NCBI RefSeq assembly: GCF_006345805.1
Contig: NW_021831999.1
Span: forward strand, 1-63,001
From: Octopus sinensis
Lineage: Eukaryota
Length of the DNA stretch: 63,001 bases
Direction: 5' to 3'
Below the pieces are notes generated by a model, which saw only the letters and a list, made by a program, of their open reading frames with translations, did no database searches and was not told where the DNA came from. The position numbers and the translations under genes were made by a program. Of this stretch, positions 1 to 12,748 are shown one piece after another. The number at the start of each line of letters is the position of its first letter. The stretch's first letter is position 1.

Positions 1-154
1 TTATGTAAATTCGGTGTTGAAGTATATTTTGTTGTCTGGGGAGATTCATTCTGTTTTAATGCCTTATTAATCAACAGAGTGTTAACAACTATTGTAGGGT
101 TGCAAGAGCATACATACATGTATAGTGTGTGTGTATATATATATATATGTATAC

Positions 155-190
<36 letters not shown>

Positions 191-196
191 TATATA

Positions 197-395
197 TACT
201 CTCTTTACTTGTTTCAGTCATTTTGACTGCGGCCATGCTGGAGCACCGCCTTTAGTCGAGCAAATCGACCCCGGACTTATTCTTTGTAAGCCCAGTACTT
301 ATTCTATCGGTCTCTTTTGCCGAACAGCTAAGTGACGGGGACGTAAAACACACCAGCATCGGTGTCAAGCAATGCTAGGGGGACAAACAAGACAC
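197..395 (-). mobile_element. SINE family B, 3' tail half (downstream of the internal microsatellite)
   Basis: Same tail sequence (gtttcagtcatt..gactgcggccatgctggagcaccgcc..gacgtaaa..caccagcatcggt) recurs at 25908-26095, 36800-37000, 42805-43000 and on the opposite strand at 26470-26674. Confidence 0.8.
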
Positions 396-459
396 ACAAA
401 TACACACACAACATACATACATACATAAATACATATAATATAGATATATTTATATATAT

Positions 460-490
<31 letters not shown>

Positions 491-1314
491 ATATATAAAT
501 AAAATATATATAAATAAATAATATATATATATATATATATAAATAATATATTTATATAATATACACACCTACAAGAGAGCGGGGAGAGACAAAGAGAAAG
601 ATAGGAGGAGATGGAGAGAGAGGAGACAGTAGAGTGATAGACAGACAGACAAATGTTGGAAAGGGAAGTGAAATATATGAGAGCGCTGCAACAGTATGGA
701 TGCATATTCTATGAACCTTTCTGAATTGATCTGTTTTGGTTGTCCTTAGGGTAAAAATTCATAAAACTGAAGCGAGGTCATCGTATGTATGATTTCACGT
801 CTGTATGATACACCGTTAAAACTACGCTGCCCTACTTAAGTAATAGCTGCACATAACTGTATGCAGATAGTCGTTTCACAGCCTCTCATGCACGCCTGCA
901 CGTGCACGCACACATATATGTACATGCACATGAATATTCATATTCCTACACACACACACACACAAACACACACCCATATATATATATACACACACACATA
1001 CACAAATTTTTCTTTCTGAGAATGAAAATTTTATTTTTTGTGAAAGTAATATATCTACCTTCGTTTACCACGGGGGTTTGTTTACGAAAAAAAAAAACCC
1101 CTCAATTAACCCAAAACCAAAACAAAAAAGAAATCATAACATAATGATAAATGAATAAATCATCCCCACGTGATTTGTAACTGAAACAAAAAGTAGATTC
1201 ATTGACATCAAACTCATGACCTAGAGCGGCGATGCTTTGAACAACACGTATTTTCTTGATCGGGTCTACCTTTCGTATCTTCTCTGTTCACTGGTTCCAT
1301 GCTGACAGGTACGA

Positions 1315-1684
1315 GAATGTAATTCGTTTTAAAAATACCCAAGATTTGCAGCACAGTAATTACAAGTGATACTCAGTGCATTCTGAGTAGCTGAGCATTG
1401 TGCATGATCATTTGGGTGCGTTTTGGCTGTACGAAAAAAAAAAATCTTCAACAGATCTCCAACCCATGTTATCACAGATTAATCCGTGATAAGCGTAAGA
1501 ACGTAATTCGTTTTAATAATTCGCACATTTGCAGCAGAGTAATCACAAAGTGATAATTAGTGCATTCTGAGTAGCTGAGCATTGTGCGTGATCATCTGGG
1601 TGCGTTTTTGGCTGTACGGAAAAAAAAAATCTTCAACTGATCTTCAACCCGTCTTTTCACAGATTAATCCGTGATAAGCGTAAC
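1315..1684. repeat. Tandem duplication of a ~185-bp unit, each copy ending in a near-perfect palindrome
   Basis: Units ~1315-1498 and ~1499-1684 share gtaattcgtttta..agtgcattctgagtagctgagcattgtgc..tcacagattaatccgtgataagcgtaa. Confidence 0.85.
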
Positions 1685-2559
1685 ATTGTCCAGTGATGAA
1701 TGAATTATTGACAAACAAAGCAAACGTACTGAATTACTTTAAATTATTTCCTCTTTCTGGGTGCCATAATTGTTGCTAACAATACACTTTAGTTTTCTTT
1801 CTCCAGTTAAAGCGCAAATTTTAATCCAATGAGACAACAATGGATAGTTCAAATTTCTGAATTCTTTAAATTCATGACATTGGTCCTTATTGGATTATTC
1901 TCTTTGCTCAATAATTATAATTATGCTAATTGCTTCTAGTGGAAACCATCTGTGATTATAAAAGCAGGCTTAAGAAGATTACCATTTACTGATGAGGCTT
2001 AATAAGAACGAAATATGTCCGAAACTATCACATTAGCAGCTAACAAAAACTGTATTGTTTCCATAAATTTGGAAACTAACTTTCCCGGAAAATTTGGTCA
2101 TAATTTCTTGAAATTATTACTCCCTTATTTTTAGAGTTTGTAAAACTTGACGCACACATACGCGTGCGCATGCACGCACACACACAGACACAGACGCACA
2201 CACATACAGACACACACGCACGCACACACGCACGCACACACACATGTATGTATGTATATTAATTTGCACATCCAACTTAACTTGAATGTGTTGTTTTAAA
2301 CGCTGAAGACTGCGGTAATCTCTGAGACATCATGTCAGTTTGACAAAATTTCGATCTGGCATTCGGCCGTGGAGTATCTGCTACTGAGGAAGAGCAAATT
2401 ACCCTCATATCACATGATACATCAGTTCTATCCATATGCAGAGGAAATTACGCCTGCCGATATAATCAGTGCTTTTTTAAAACTTAATGTCTGTACGAGA
2501 AGATTTCTCTGGATGATTACCGTAGCTTGCAGCGTTTAAAACACATCCAAGTTAGGTTT

Positions 2560-2959
2560 GTACCCCATTGGGGCTCGTCGTCTTTCTGCAAACTAGCCGA
2601 CTTAATAGAATGTACAGCTACGAGCTTCCTTAGTCAGGTGAAACCAGTTACGGAATATTGCTCACACATCTGGACCCGTTCAGCTTTTACTCACATAGAA
2701 TCCAGCTACGTATCCACAGAAAAGCTACTCACTTGATTGGCATTTTTCTATTGCTACTATAACGGCTTTTTATCGAAACTGGTTTGTTTTCTGTGTCCCT
2801 CAACCGAGCTACGACCATCCCACTTGTTTGTTCTCCGTGGTCATCCTATATTTGTGTTCAACATCTTCAGGCTCTGCACTAAATATTTTCCAATAATGTT
2901 GACTCAGCAGGACGACACTCAGGAATCTTCTCCCGGCTTCTACTTTTTCTGTAGGTATT
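2560..2959 (+). pseudogene. Degenerate 3' fragment of a CR1/Jockey-group LINE ORF2
   Basis: Translations QVKPVTEYCSHIW and FFYCYYNG resemble the post-RT RPxxEYxSxxW and FYRYYNG segments of these LINEs; stops and frameshifts present. Confidence 0.5.
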
Positions 2960-3340
2960 TATTTCTTTATTGCCCATTGAGGGCTAAACACAGAGGGGAC
3001 AAACAAGGATAGACGAAATACTTATTTAGTCGATCCTGAAAGGATGAAAGGCAAAATCGACCCCAGCGGAATTTAAACTCAGAACCTAACGGCAGACGAA
3101 ATACCTATTTCTTTACTACCCACAAGGAGCTAAACACAAAGAGGACAAACAAGGACAGACAAACGGATTTAGTCGATTACATCGACTCCAGTGCGTAACT
3201 GGTGCTTAATTTATCGACCCCGAAAGGATGAAAGGCAAAATCGACCTCGGCGGAATTTGAACTCAGAACGTAGCGGCAGACGAAATACTGCTAAGCATTT
3301 CGCCCGGCGTGCTAAAATTCTGCCAGGTCACCACCCTCCT
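2960..3340 (-). mobile_element. SINE family A head-to-tail concatemer inside one target-site duplication
   Basis: Full unit ~3107-3335 plus partial units; tRNA B-box-like GAGTTCAAATTCC on the minus strand; ctgtaggtatt repeated at 2949-2959 and 3344-3354. Confidence 0.85.
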
Positions 3341-3394
3341 TTCCTGTAGGTATTGAATTCTCTCCCTCCTCCATCTAGACATGATTGTCTTTGA

Positions 3395-3620
3395 GTCCTA
3401 GTACTCTCAGGGGAGGATACTCGTTTTCCATGTTCTAAGTGACTAACATCGTAATCTTAGCGCTGAACAGGGCTACTCATTTATATCTAAGTGAACTGGG
3501 ACAACGTGAAATGAAGTATTTTTTGCCTAACGACACGAAGCACCGCCCTGTCCAGGAATCTAATCTATAATCTTGAGATCATGACAGCAACACGCTAACC
3601 ACACGACCACACGCCTTTAC
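3395..3620 (-). mobile_element. Degenerate SINE family C-like copy
   Basis: gtgaactgggacaacgtgaaatgaagt..caggaatc..ctaaccacacgaccacacgcc matches the head and core of the copies at 20545-20882 and 24005-24348. Confidence 0.55.
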
Positions 3621-4349
3621 ACGTGTTGACTTGTAGCAGTTTAAACAGAGCATTAACGACATCAAGCTCGCCAGTCTCAGGAGGCCTACAGAGCACATGG
3701 ATACTGCTTTTACTCAAGACTAAATGAGTAAAAAACGGCCAGTCTGAATAATTCCATTTTAAATTTACTTGCGTTAATGGAGTCATTAGGTCTCAAAAGT
3801 CCTTGCAGATATTCGATACAGCTTTCTGTTTTTCACTTTCAACTGAAATGAACGTTCAATAAACACAATCACAGCTGCGTTCACCATTATCAATTTATCA
3901 TTTTCAAATCACATCATGAAATGCTTCGTGAGGCAGGTGGTGTATGAATGAAAAAAGGAAAGAAATCCTAGCTCAAGGCATATATATATATATATATCTA
4001 TATGCATATGCAGCAAACAGTGATGTATTAACAGTATTTCGTTTCGTTGCCGCAATGTACTGGAGAAAATATCTATAATGTTTCTGTTTTAGTTGATACT
4101 ATAAATTAACCACCATTACAGCAATCAAAGAAATCGCCCTCAAAACACAAGAATTTAGTGTTCAATTTTGCTACTGAGTAAGTGTTATATATGCAAATTT
4201 TACTTTGTACTTTAATACACGTGTGCTTATAATCCAATTTTTGTGGGGGTTATTTAAATGTAGTAAACAGTTTCTAACGAAAACTCTTCCAAAGTGGTGT
4301 CAAAATGTGCACACCTACATCTGTTTCCATTTTTTATGGCAGTAGATAT

Positions 4350-4752
4350 AATGGCTTCGGGAAAGAGGCAAAGTCGGTTACATTGACCACACTGATACTC
4401 ATTTTATCGTCCTCGAAAGGATGAGAGGCAAAATCGACCTCTGCGGAATTTGAACACAGGACATGAAGACGTACGAAATACCGCTAAGCATTTTGCCCGG
4501 CATGCTAATGATTACGCCAGCTTGCCGCCTTTATGCCTGTATGCATATTTTTTTCTACTCTAGGCACAAGGCCCAAAATTTCGGGGGAGTGGGACCAGTC
4601 GATTAGATCGACCCAGTACACAAATTGTACTTAATTTATCACCCCCGAAAGGATGGAAGGCAAAGGAATTTGAGCTCAGAACACAGAGACAGACGAAATA
4701 CCGCTAAGCATTCTGCCTAGCGTGCTAAGGATTATGCCAGCTCGCCGCTTTA
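4350..4752 (-). mobile_element. Two tandem SINE family A copies
   Basis: Two repeats of gaaaggatg..aggcaaa..ggaatttga..cag..acgaaataccgctaagcatt..gccagct.gccgc. Confidence 0.8.
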
Positions 4753-4889
4753 TCCCTGTATGAATATTGCACAGAAAAACTGGCTCATATCGTCGTAACG
4801 CACAAAATTTTGGCTAAAGCACCTATGAATATGTTCTTTAGTACATTTAATACACATATACATACATACACCTATACGCCATATGATAT

Positions 4890-4920
<31 letters not shown>

Positions 4921-5091
4921 TATATATATGTATATAAATAGATTATATTTATTATATATATAAAATAAATAGATGAGTGTATTTTTAACTTGTTAATTAA
5001 CACGGAAAAAATAAATGTGTCAAAAGTAAAAATATTTGATTACACCTGCGTTTTATCATAAATATATATATTATATATAAATATATATATA

Positions 5092-5134
<43 letters not shown>

Positions 5135-5154
5135 ATATACATATATATATATAT

Positions 5155-5320
5155 AGGGAGAGTTTACGAAAAAACAAAAGACGAAGACAGGTGGTGTACA
5201 AAACAAACAGATGTATTAGTATAACGCTCAGGAATAGAAAAAAGTCTTTTACGTTTCGAGCCTACGCTCTTCTACAGAGACACAGAAAAAACAAGGAGAG
5301 AAACAAGAAGAGAAAAAAAT
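5155..5320 (-). mobile_element. Solo PLE terminal repeat (pLTR) with a hammerhead-like motif, CUGUAGA core
   Basis: Minus strand CTGTAGA A GAGC gtag GCTC GAAACGTA AAAGA at ~5245-5280; same repeat family as 11300-11480 and 55500-55680; abuts (TA)n. Confidence 0.7.
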
Positions 5321-5473
5321 GTGTGTAGTGGCATAGGATATATATATATAGTATGTGTGTGTGTGTACGTGCATGTATATATATGCATGTATATATTTGT
5401 ATATATAGTATATATATGTATATATGTATATATGTATATATATTATATATATGTATATATATATATATATATA

Positions 5474-5516
<43 letters not shown>

Positions 5517-5523
5517 TATATGT

Positions 5524-5573
<50 letters not shown>

Positions 5574-5641
5574 AGCCACTTGGTGTTAAATTGATGGTAC
5601 TATTAAATTAGTGTCCAATTTTCTCACCCTTATTAGTTGAT

Positions 5642-5673
<32 letters not shown>

Positions 5674-6630
5674 TGCATATATATATGTATGTCTATATAT
5701 ATATGTATATATAGGTAGATCTATCTCTCTCTCTCTCTCTCTCCATCTCCCTCTCTCTCTCTGTGTCTTTATATATATATATATATATATATATAAGTAC
5801 TAAGCTTACAAAGAATAAGTCTTGGTATCGATTTATTCGACTAAAGGCGGTACTCCAGCATGACCGCAGTCAAATGACTGAAACAAATAAAAGAATAAAA
5901 ATATGTATGTATGTATATATATGTGTGTGTATGTATGTATGTACGTATGTATATATGTGTGTGTGTGTGTGTATGTATGCATATATGTATCTATCTACAT
6001 GCATATGTATACATACATATAAACATATATATATATATAGTCACCTTTATACACACACACATACGCACACATACATAGCCACCTTAATAATTTATATATA
6101 ATAGATGTATAAGATGTAATGCGAAAATACAAGGTTTGTCTATGCACTTGAAAGAAGTAAACAAACCGAGTATAATCTTTTTGGTGTTATTTATATAGCA
6201 GCATAATTACGCAATCTTTCAATTTCCTTCGTGCATATCTTAAATAAAATAAACAAAACGTGAGAAAAAAAGCAGTAGAATTTTGGTGATATTATGCTAA
6301 ATGATGCCTTATCTGCAGAGTGTTAGATTTTTTAAATCAACACTAGAAAGCACATCTTTGAATTCTGATCTATCGCCGTAGTGATTGTATTATTTCTTAG
6401 CCCATTATAACAAGTCAAGCAAAAAATTGACATTCATTATAATGTTCACTCTCGACATTTTTAACGAACATCTTAATAGATGTTTTTTCCTTTGTTTCAA
6501 GAATATATTTCAGCTATATTGCGAATTAAGCGAAATTGTACGCACACAAATATACACTAACATACTCAAACAAGTTAGTGCACACAGAAACACAGCCACA
6601 CACACACTTGCACGCGTATACACGCACTTG

Positions 6631-6665
<35 letters not shown>

Positions 6666-7025
6666 GAGGAATTGTGAGCAGGTATACATGCTAGGCCTTG
6701 ACAGACGAGTAGTTTTTTGAAAGGTTAGAAAAACATACGCATCACATAAAAGGTTACGAGAAACAATTGAGATAACATGTTAAATACCAGAATTACTGGA
6801 AATGGTTCCCATTATTTAGGTTTTATCCTCTTGAAAGAACATCGATCATTATATCGTAGAAAATACCGAAGTGACATGCATGATACTACAAATGACTGAC
6901 AAACGTTTTCAATAGCCAGCATTTAATTCAAATCATTTCAAATTATTTCTACATTAAGCACCATAACACAGCAGCTTCGTCCAGAGAAGCCGCGGCATTT
7001 TAATATAAAGGAATTATAAGATATA

Positions 7026-7591
7026 GTGGGTCGTCCGGAAAGTTCGTGGCGATTTATAGTAGCTTACATTTCGACTTATTTTAGAACATGGTTGATTCCA
7101 TAAAATAGGATTTTACTACACCTTTATTTAGAGCACAATTTAAGCTATCTTTTCGTGGAAGAAGGTTTATGTTTTTATAACCTGTGTTAATTCTGTAACC
7201 CTTTAAAATGGAAGATAAGAAAGTTCATTTTCGGCACTTGATGCTTTGGGAACCAAACAAAAATTGCTGCAGCTCGGCTGGGATGTGTTACCCCACTCTC
7301 CATATTTACCAGATATTGCTCCTTCGGATTTCCACTTATTCAGGTCTCTGCAGAATTGTCTTAATAGTAAAAATTTCAATTCCTTGAATGACGTAAAAAG
7401 ATACCTTGATGAATTCTCTGCCATGAAACCACCTCAATTCTGGGGAGAGGGTATTTTCAAGTTAAAGGAAAGATAGAGACGCATTGTGCAACAAAATGGT
7501 TCATATTTGGTTGATAAAAAATCTAATGGCAAATATTTATTGACCTTTTTCTTTACTTTAAAAATCGGCACGAACTTTCCGGACAACCCAA
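7026..7591 (+). mobile_element. Non-autonomous, internally deleted mariner element
   Basis: TIRs (g/t)tgggt(c/t)gtccggaaagttcgtg.cgattt, TA flanks at 7024-7025 and 7592-7593; N-terminal MEDKKVHFRHLML fused to C-terminal GWDVLPHSPYLPDIAPSDFHLF (YSPDLAP-type motif). Confidence 0.95.
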
Positions 7592-8029
7592 TATAATAAG
7601 GGTGTCAATGGAAACTTCTAGATCCTTATAGAGGGATCTCCGTTGGCCAAGAATGACCATGCATCATCCCTTAATCACATATACGAAGGAGTGACTTTAA
7701 GGGTATCACGAAATGCTTGATTGGGGGTCCCACCTTTCGAGTTCTTTTACAGGGCTTTAAAAAAACAAGGACCACTGCAATCAGTGTGTGAATCAGTGAG
7801 GGGAATATGTTGAATAAAATCATAATTAGCTGATCCCCCTGTATTTTCGTTTACCCAAAGCCAGAAATTTTTCAGCACCCTCTCGTATGTATAGGGTTGG
7901 GTAAGATTTCTTTTAAAAGCTGGTGGTTATCTGTGAATACGAGTTTCCTCTTTCCATGTCGTTGACTTTTATGCAAAAGAAATACCACCCATGTAGTCCG
8001 ATACAAATCAAAAAGAACCTAATCAAATA

Positions 8030-9030
8030 TCACAAGGCATCACAACCCATCCTATAACGGATTGGCAATTTTTTTATTGACCCCAAAAGAATAAAACCAA
8101 GTTGGCTCCTATGCAATTTGAACTCCCATTGCAGAGAGTAAATAATGTGTGGCATTCTATCCAATTCGCTACTCTACTAGCTCATTAGTTTTCAGTTTAG
8201 TCAGTGAAATTAGCGCAACAAACATTGATTTTGTAGAAACTGCACAATGTATCACTCAACAAATAGATGTCTATATCTGGTTTATGCCGGCAAGATTCAG
8301 TTTAAGCGTAAAGAAATAGCTGAAGTGGAAGAATAAAATATGAACCCAGCAATTTAGTGGTGGTGTTATGTATTGCCAATTATATTGACCTCACTACTTG
8401 ACTCTGGAAGCAGGAAAGTCAATGTCAAGTCAATCTCTGTCGCATTTGAACTCGAATGACAAAAATACTTAAATATTATCAGAAAAGCATTTCAAATGAC
8501 ACTCTCACAATTATGCCGTGAAAGCGCGTGGTCGGAATAGTGTCAAGGAGAAGGGTTTCCTTAAACAATTTGGCCCGAGTGCTTGGAATAGAATGGACAT
8601 TAGTTACCAGGTGGTTTAGTTCAACCAAATGATAGTCAAATAGGCCATGACGGAATAAATCGGAATAAATACAGCAATGCATTCAGTCCGACGCTTTTAC
8701 AGTTCTGCGTATCGACTACTTTGGATAGGTACTTTTATTATCAATTCCGAAATGATGGAATATAGAATTGGGTAGAGAGGGATGTGAACTCCGAGTGCAT
8801 GGAGTCGGAAGTGGAACAAATACCGCGAAGCATTCTGTCTGTTTCTCTAACAACTGTACCAATTCAACGACAGACTTCAATAAAGTTTCCGTCAGGAAAA
8901 TTCTCTTATAAAGCATTGGTCAACACGGAGTTTTAGCACAAGACACTTATCCATTGTTCCACGCAGTGGGAATGAACCCGAAAATGTGTGGTTTTGAGAA
9001 GAGAACTTCTTTACCACACAATTCTGCCTA
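8030..9030 (-). mobile_element. Cluster of old degenerate SINE A and B fragments
   Basis: Repeated decayed core motifs (tttattgacccc.aaaga, atttgaactc, ggaatgaaccc, cttaccacac). Confidence 0.45.
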
Positions 9031-9392
9031 TACCTATATTCTATTTTGCAGTAAATATATTTCTAACCAAAGACAAAAACAAAAAACGCGAAAAATTTAA
9101 TTGTATCATAGACATATTTTATATTACTATTTTGTATTAACTACTTCTTTTAAGTTAATATTTTATATTGTTTCAATAATACAACGAATCTTACTGACAC
9201 CACGACTTGTCTTCGCTTCTGTATTACATTCATCTACTTCGCTTCTAAATAAGTTAATTTCGAACGTAATTTCATTCCAAGTTATCGTTTATATTTTTCG
9301 TGAAGTTTGGAGACTAGCTTCATTAGACCCGTGTTTTCAAGAAATTAACAACAGTCTTGAGTCTTTAACGCCAAAGGTTAAAAGTGATATTT

Positions 9393-9437
<45 letters not shown>

Positions 9438-9779
9438 AACACACGCATACACACACTTACACATGCACACACACACACCACACACACCACACAAACACAA
9501 ACACACGCATACACACACTTACACATGCACACACACACACACACAAAAGGAAACTAAAAAGAAAAAAGGAAAAGAAGAAATAATTATACAACGATCTTGT
9601 TACTACAGGTTATGTAAATTAAATATAGATTTATCGTTTCGCTAGATAGCAACTTCATAATTCTATAAGTCTTACGATTATAATTACTTGTTGGACAATG
9701 ATAATTACTCTAATATATATTTTTACAATATAATGATGGCCTTACTTGGCATAAAACATAAACTTATGGAACAACAGTG

Positions 9780-9950
9780 ACTTTTAGCTACTGGCTGTGT
9801 GGTTAAGAAGTTCATTTTACAAACGCGTGGTTTCGGTCGGGATCACTTCCAATCCACGGCATCTTGGGCAAGTGCCTTTAATTGTAGGATTGAACCGACC
9901 AATACCTTGTCAACGAATTACGTAAACGGATGCACGCTTGTATATATATA
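9780..9950 (+). mobile_element. SINE family B head half followed by (TA)n
   Basis: tggctgtgtggttaagaagtt..gcgtggtttcggtcgggatc..ttgggcaagtg matches the head at 25655-25828. Confidence 0.6.
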
Positions 9951-10243
9951 TTATATATATATATATATCAACACGCATACATACACACATATGTATATAT
10001 TGTTGTGTCAGGGGAAAGTCATATTGCCTTAATGCTTTTGTGACCTTGTCAACGTCCATTGACAAGGTTACAAAAGCAACGAAAATTATGAAAAATTAAA
10101 TGAGTTGGAAATTGAACCGGTGAGTGTGTTAGATATTAAGGCATTAGAATAGTATGAGTCTCCACAGACACAACAAAATTTGCTTCAACACACGAATTCA
10201 CATAAAGAATATTGCAAGTCAGATACAAAAACGAAATACATAC

Positions 10244-10279
<36 letters not shown>

Positions 10280-10509
10280 TTATGTATGTATGTATGTATG
10301 TATGTATGTATGTATGTATGTATGTATTTCGCTTACGCATTGCGAGACTAATGACGTGGTGTAGGACTCAACATACGTATGTTTCAGAATGAAAGCCGGT
10401 CATAAGAAAGAGAGGTGCTAAAGGAATAAATGATTATCTTATGAACTTCATTAGCTTACACCTGTTTCTGTTATAGAATGCAGTGTGTGTGTGTGTGTGT
10501 GTGTGTGTT

Positions 10510-10800
10510 TGTGTCTGTATGTGTGCGTGTTTGTTTGCTACCCACAGCTTAACAACCCGTGTAGGCTTGCTTCCGATACCGTAACTTAGCAGTTCGGTAA
10601 AAATACCCCGATGCAATAAGTTTAAAGTTTAAAAGAAAAACTGAAGTCGATTTGCACGAATTGCACCCACCTTCATGCGTGTGTATGTATATGTGTGCGT
10701 CTTTATGTTTGTCCCCCTCACTGCTTAACAACCAGTGTTAGTTTGTTTACACTCTCGTAATGTAGAAGTTCGGCAAAGATCCCGATAGAATAAGTACTGT
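10510..10800 (+). mobile_element. Two degenerate SINE family B tail remnants
   Basis: cccacagcttaacaacc..ccgtaacttagcagttcgg and cccctcactgcttaacaaccagtgt..gttcggcaaagatcccgatagaataagtact. Confidence 0.6.
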
Positions 10801-10809
10801 ATTCGACTT

Positions 10810-11480
10810 GTTCGACACTCGGCCGTGTCCTTACCCCCTAGTGGCTTCCCTTCCCTCCCACACCCACGTCACCAACCATGCTCTCCGTCCTGTTTAACTC
10901 TTTCTCCTTCCCTTCTGGTCCCTCTCAACTTCTGTTCACTCTTGATATCAGAAGTTTATATACGGTGATCCCATACAACGAAGTACTTCTTGCACTTAAA
11001 CACTTTATAGACGTTCGGCCTGACTCTCAACCTACCACCTCCACTCCTCTTCACCTGGCAGAACTTATCCTCCCACTCAACTGTTTCTCATTCGGGGTGT
11101 GGGGAGTTTTATCAACAACTCTCGGGAGTGGCCATGGAATCGAGAATAGGCCCCAACTATACGAACCTATGTTAGCTATGTTTGCACACCTCCACTTGTT
11201 GGGTTCACCATAAATTATCTCCCCTTTATTCAACCTCTTTTATTATCTCCCTTTCATTCAACCTCTTTTTTTTCCAATCATTCGTCATGTTGGACCATTG
11301 AACTCAACACATTTTTCATCATTCTCTCCCTATTTATTTTCTTTTATTCCTTTCTGTCGAAGAGCGTAGGCTCGAAACGTAAAAGGCTTTTCCATTTGTC
11401 GCGAGCGTCAAACTAATACACTTGCATGTTGTTCCTACATTTGTCTTCGTCTTCGTTTTTCTCTGAATTTGAACTATATT
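10810..11480 (+). mobile_element. Internally deleted PLE: RT fragment joined to a hammerhead-bearing pLTR
   Basis: LFTLDIRSLYTVIP (first catalytic Asp motif), LAELILPLNCFSF and, after a frameshift, YQQLSGVAMESRIGPNYTNL (QxxGxxMG motif); no YxDD before the pLTR starts near 11230. Confidence 0.85.
11349..11386 (+). ncRNA. Minimal type I hammerhead ribozyme-like motif, variant core CUGUCGA
   Basis: CCTTT/AAAGG stem I; CTGTCGA-A; GAGC gtag GCTC stem II; GAAA CG TA with ACGT palindrome; predicted cut after 11381. Confidence 0.65.
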
Positions 11481-11513
<33 letters not shown>

Positions 11514-11928
11514 ATGTATGTATGTATGTATGTATGTATGTATGTATGTATGTATGTATGTATGTGTGCGTGTTTGGGCGTGTGTGTATGTGTTTCGACA
11601 TATACATACTCACACATGTAAGCGCATGCATTTTTAGCGGAACGATATTTTCACTAATTCGAATTTTCGAAGAAATGTGTGTTTTCGGTCTCCATTATAA
11701 AAATTTTTTTTTTTGCTAGAAATAAGTTGGATAAAGCACATCCTTACAACGTAAATTCCTGCTGAGGTCCATTTCCTGAAACTTTTGTTGCGAGAGTTAG
11801 ATTGCAAAATTAGCTACAAAACAATTATTAAAAAAAAAAGAAGAAAAAAATCAACATATACTGTACCAGTTGACATCAGTAATCAAACTTTCTCTTCAGA
11901 TGGTTGGGTTTTTTAGCTCGTCATTTTA

Positions 11929-11981
<53 letters not shown>

Positions 11982-12213
11982 TATATCTTTATATCTTAAG
12001 AATACTTATTGTGTGTTTGAGTGTGTGTTAGGTTTGTGGATTTGTGTGTGTGTGTGTGTTTGTTGCGTGGCGTGAGTGTGTGTGTTGTGTAATCGTGCAC
12101 ACGCATATATACACAGACAGCCAGATTCACACACACATGCACCCCCACATCAGGTAACGACAACAAAAACACAGGAGGGAATTTTTAAAACAAATGTTGT
12201 ATTACTTTCATGC

Positions 12214-12258
<45 letters not shown>

Positions 12259-12265
<7 letters not shown>

Positions 12266-12382
12266 AAAGGGCTTAGTAAATAAATTACTTTGCCGCATAC
12301 TGACTCATTAGAAATAGCAGAAATTTCTAATGAGTTCAGTATGCGGCAAAGTAATTTATTTTTACTAAGCCCTTTTATATAA
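12259..12382. repeat. ~57-bp-arm hairpin (collapsed MITE or foldback)
   Basis: 12259-12315 is the reverse complement of 12323-12382 apart from small T indels; 7-nt spacer agcagaa. Confidence 0.9.
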
Positions 12383-12486
12383 GTAATAATTTGAATTCGC
12401 CTTGAATGGTCCCTTTGCATACTGAACACTTGGTGAAATTGATTAATAATTAATTAATTTTGCCCTCAATTGTTGAAATTATATAT

Positions 12487-12531
<45 letters not shown>

Positions 12532-12533
12532 TA

Positions 12534-12572
<39 letters not shown>

Positions 12573-12702
12573 ATATATATATATATAATATACACACATA
12601 TATATTAGATATATAAAGGTATATATATATATATATGTTTGTCTCGATATATATACTCTCTCAAACTTCCCTTTCCACGCCCTTCTCCTCTCTCTCTCTT
12701 TC

Positions 12703-12748
<46 letters not shown>

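Noticed and set aside
1989-2030. CTGATGAGG..CCGAAAC hammerhead-like boxes
   Set aside because: Stem II is only 2 bp, and no convincing stem III, NUH or stem I can be drawn.
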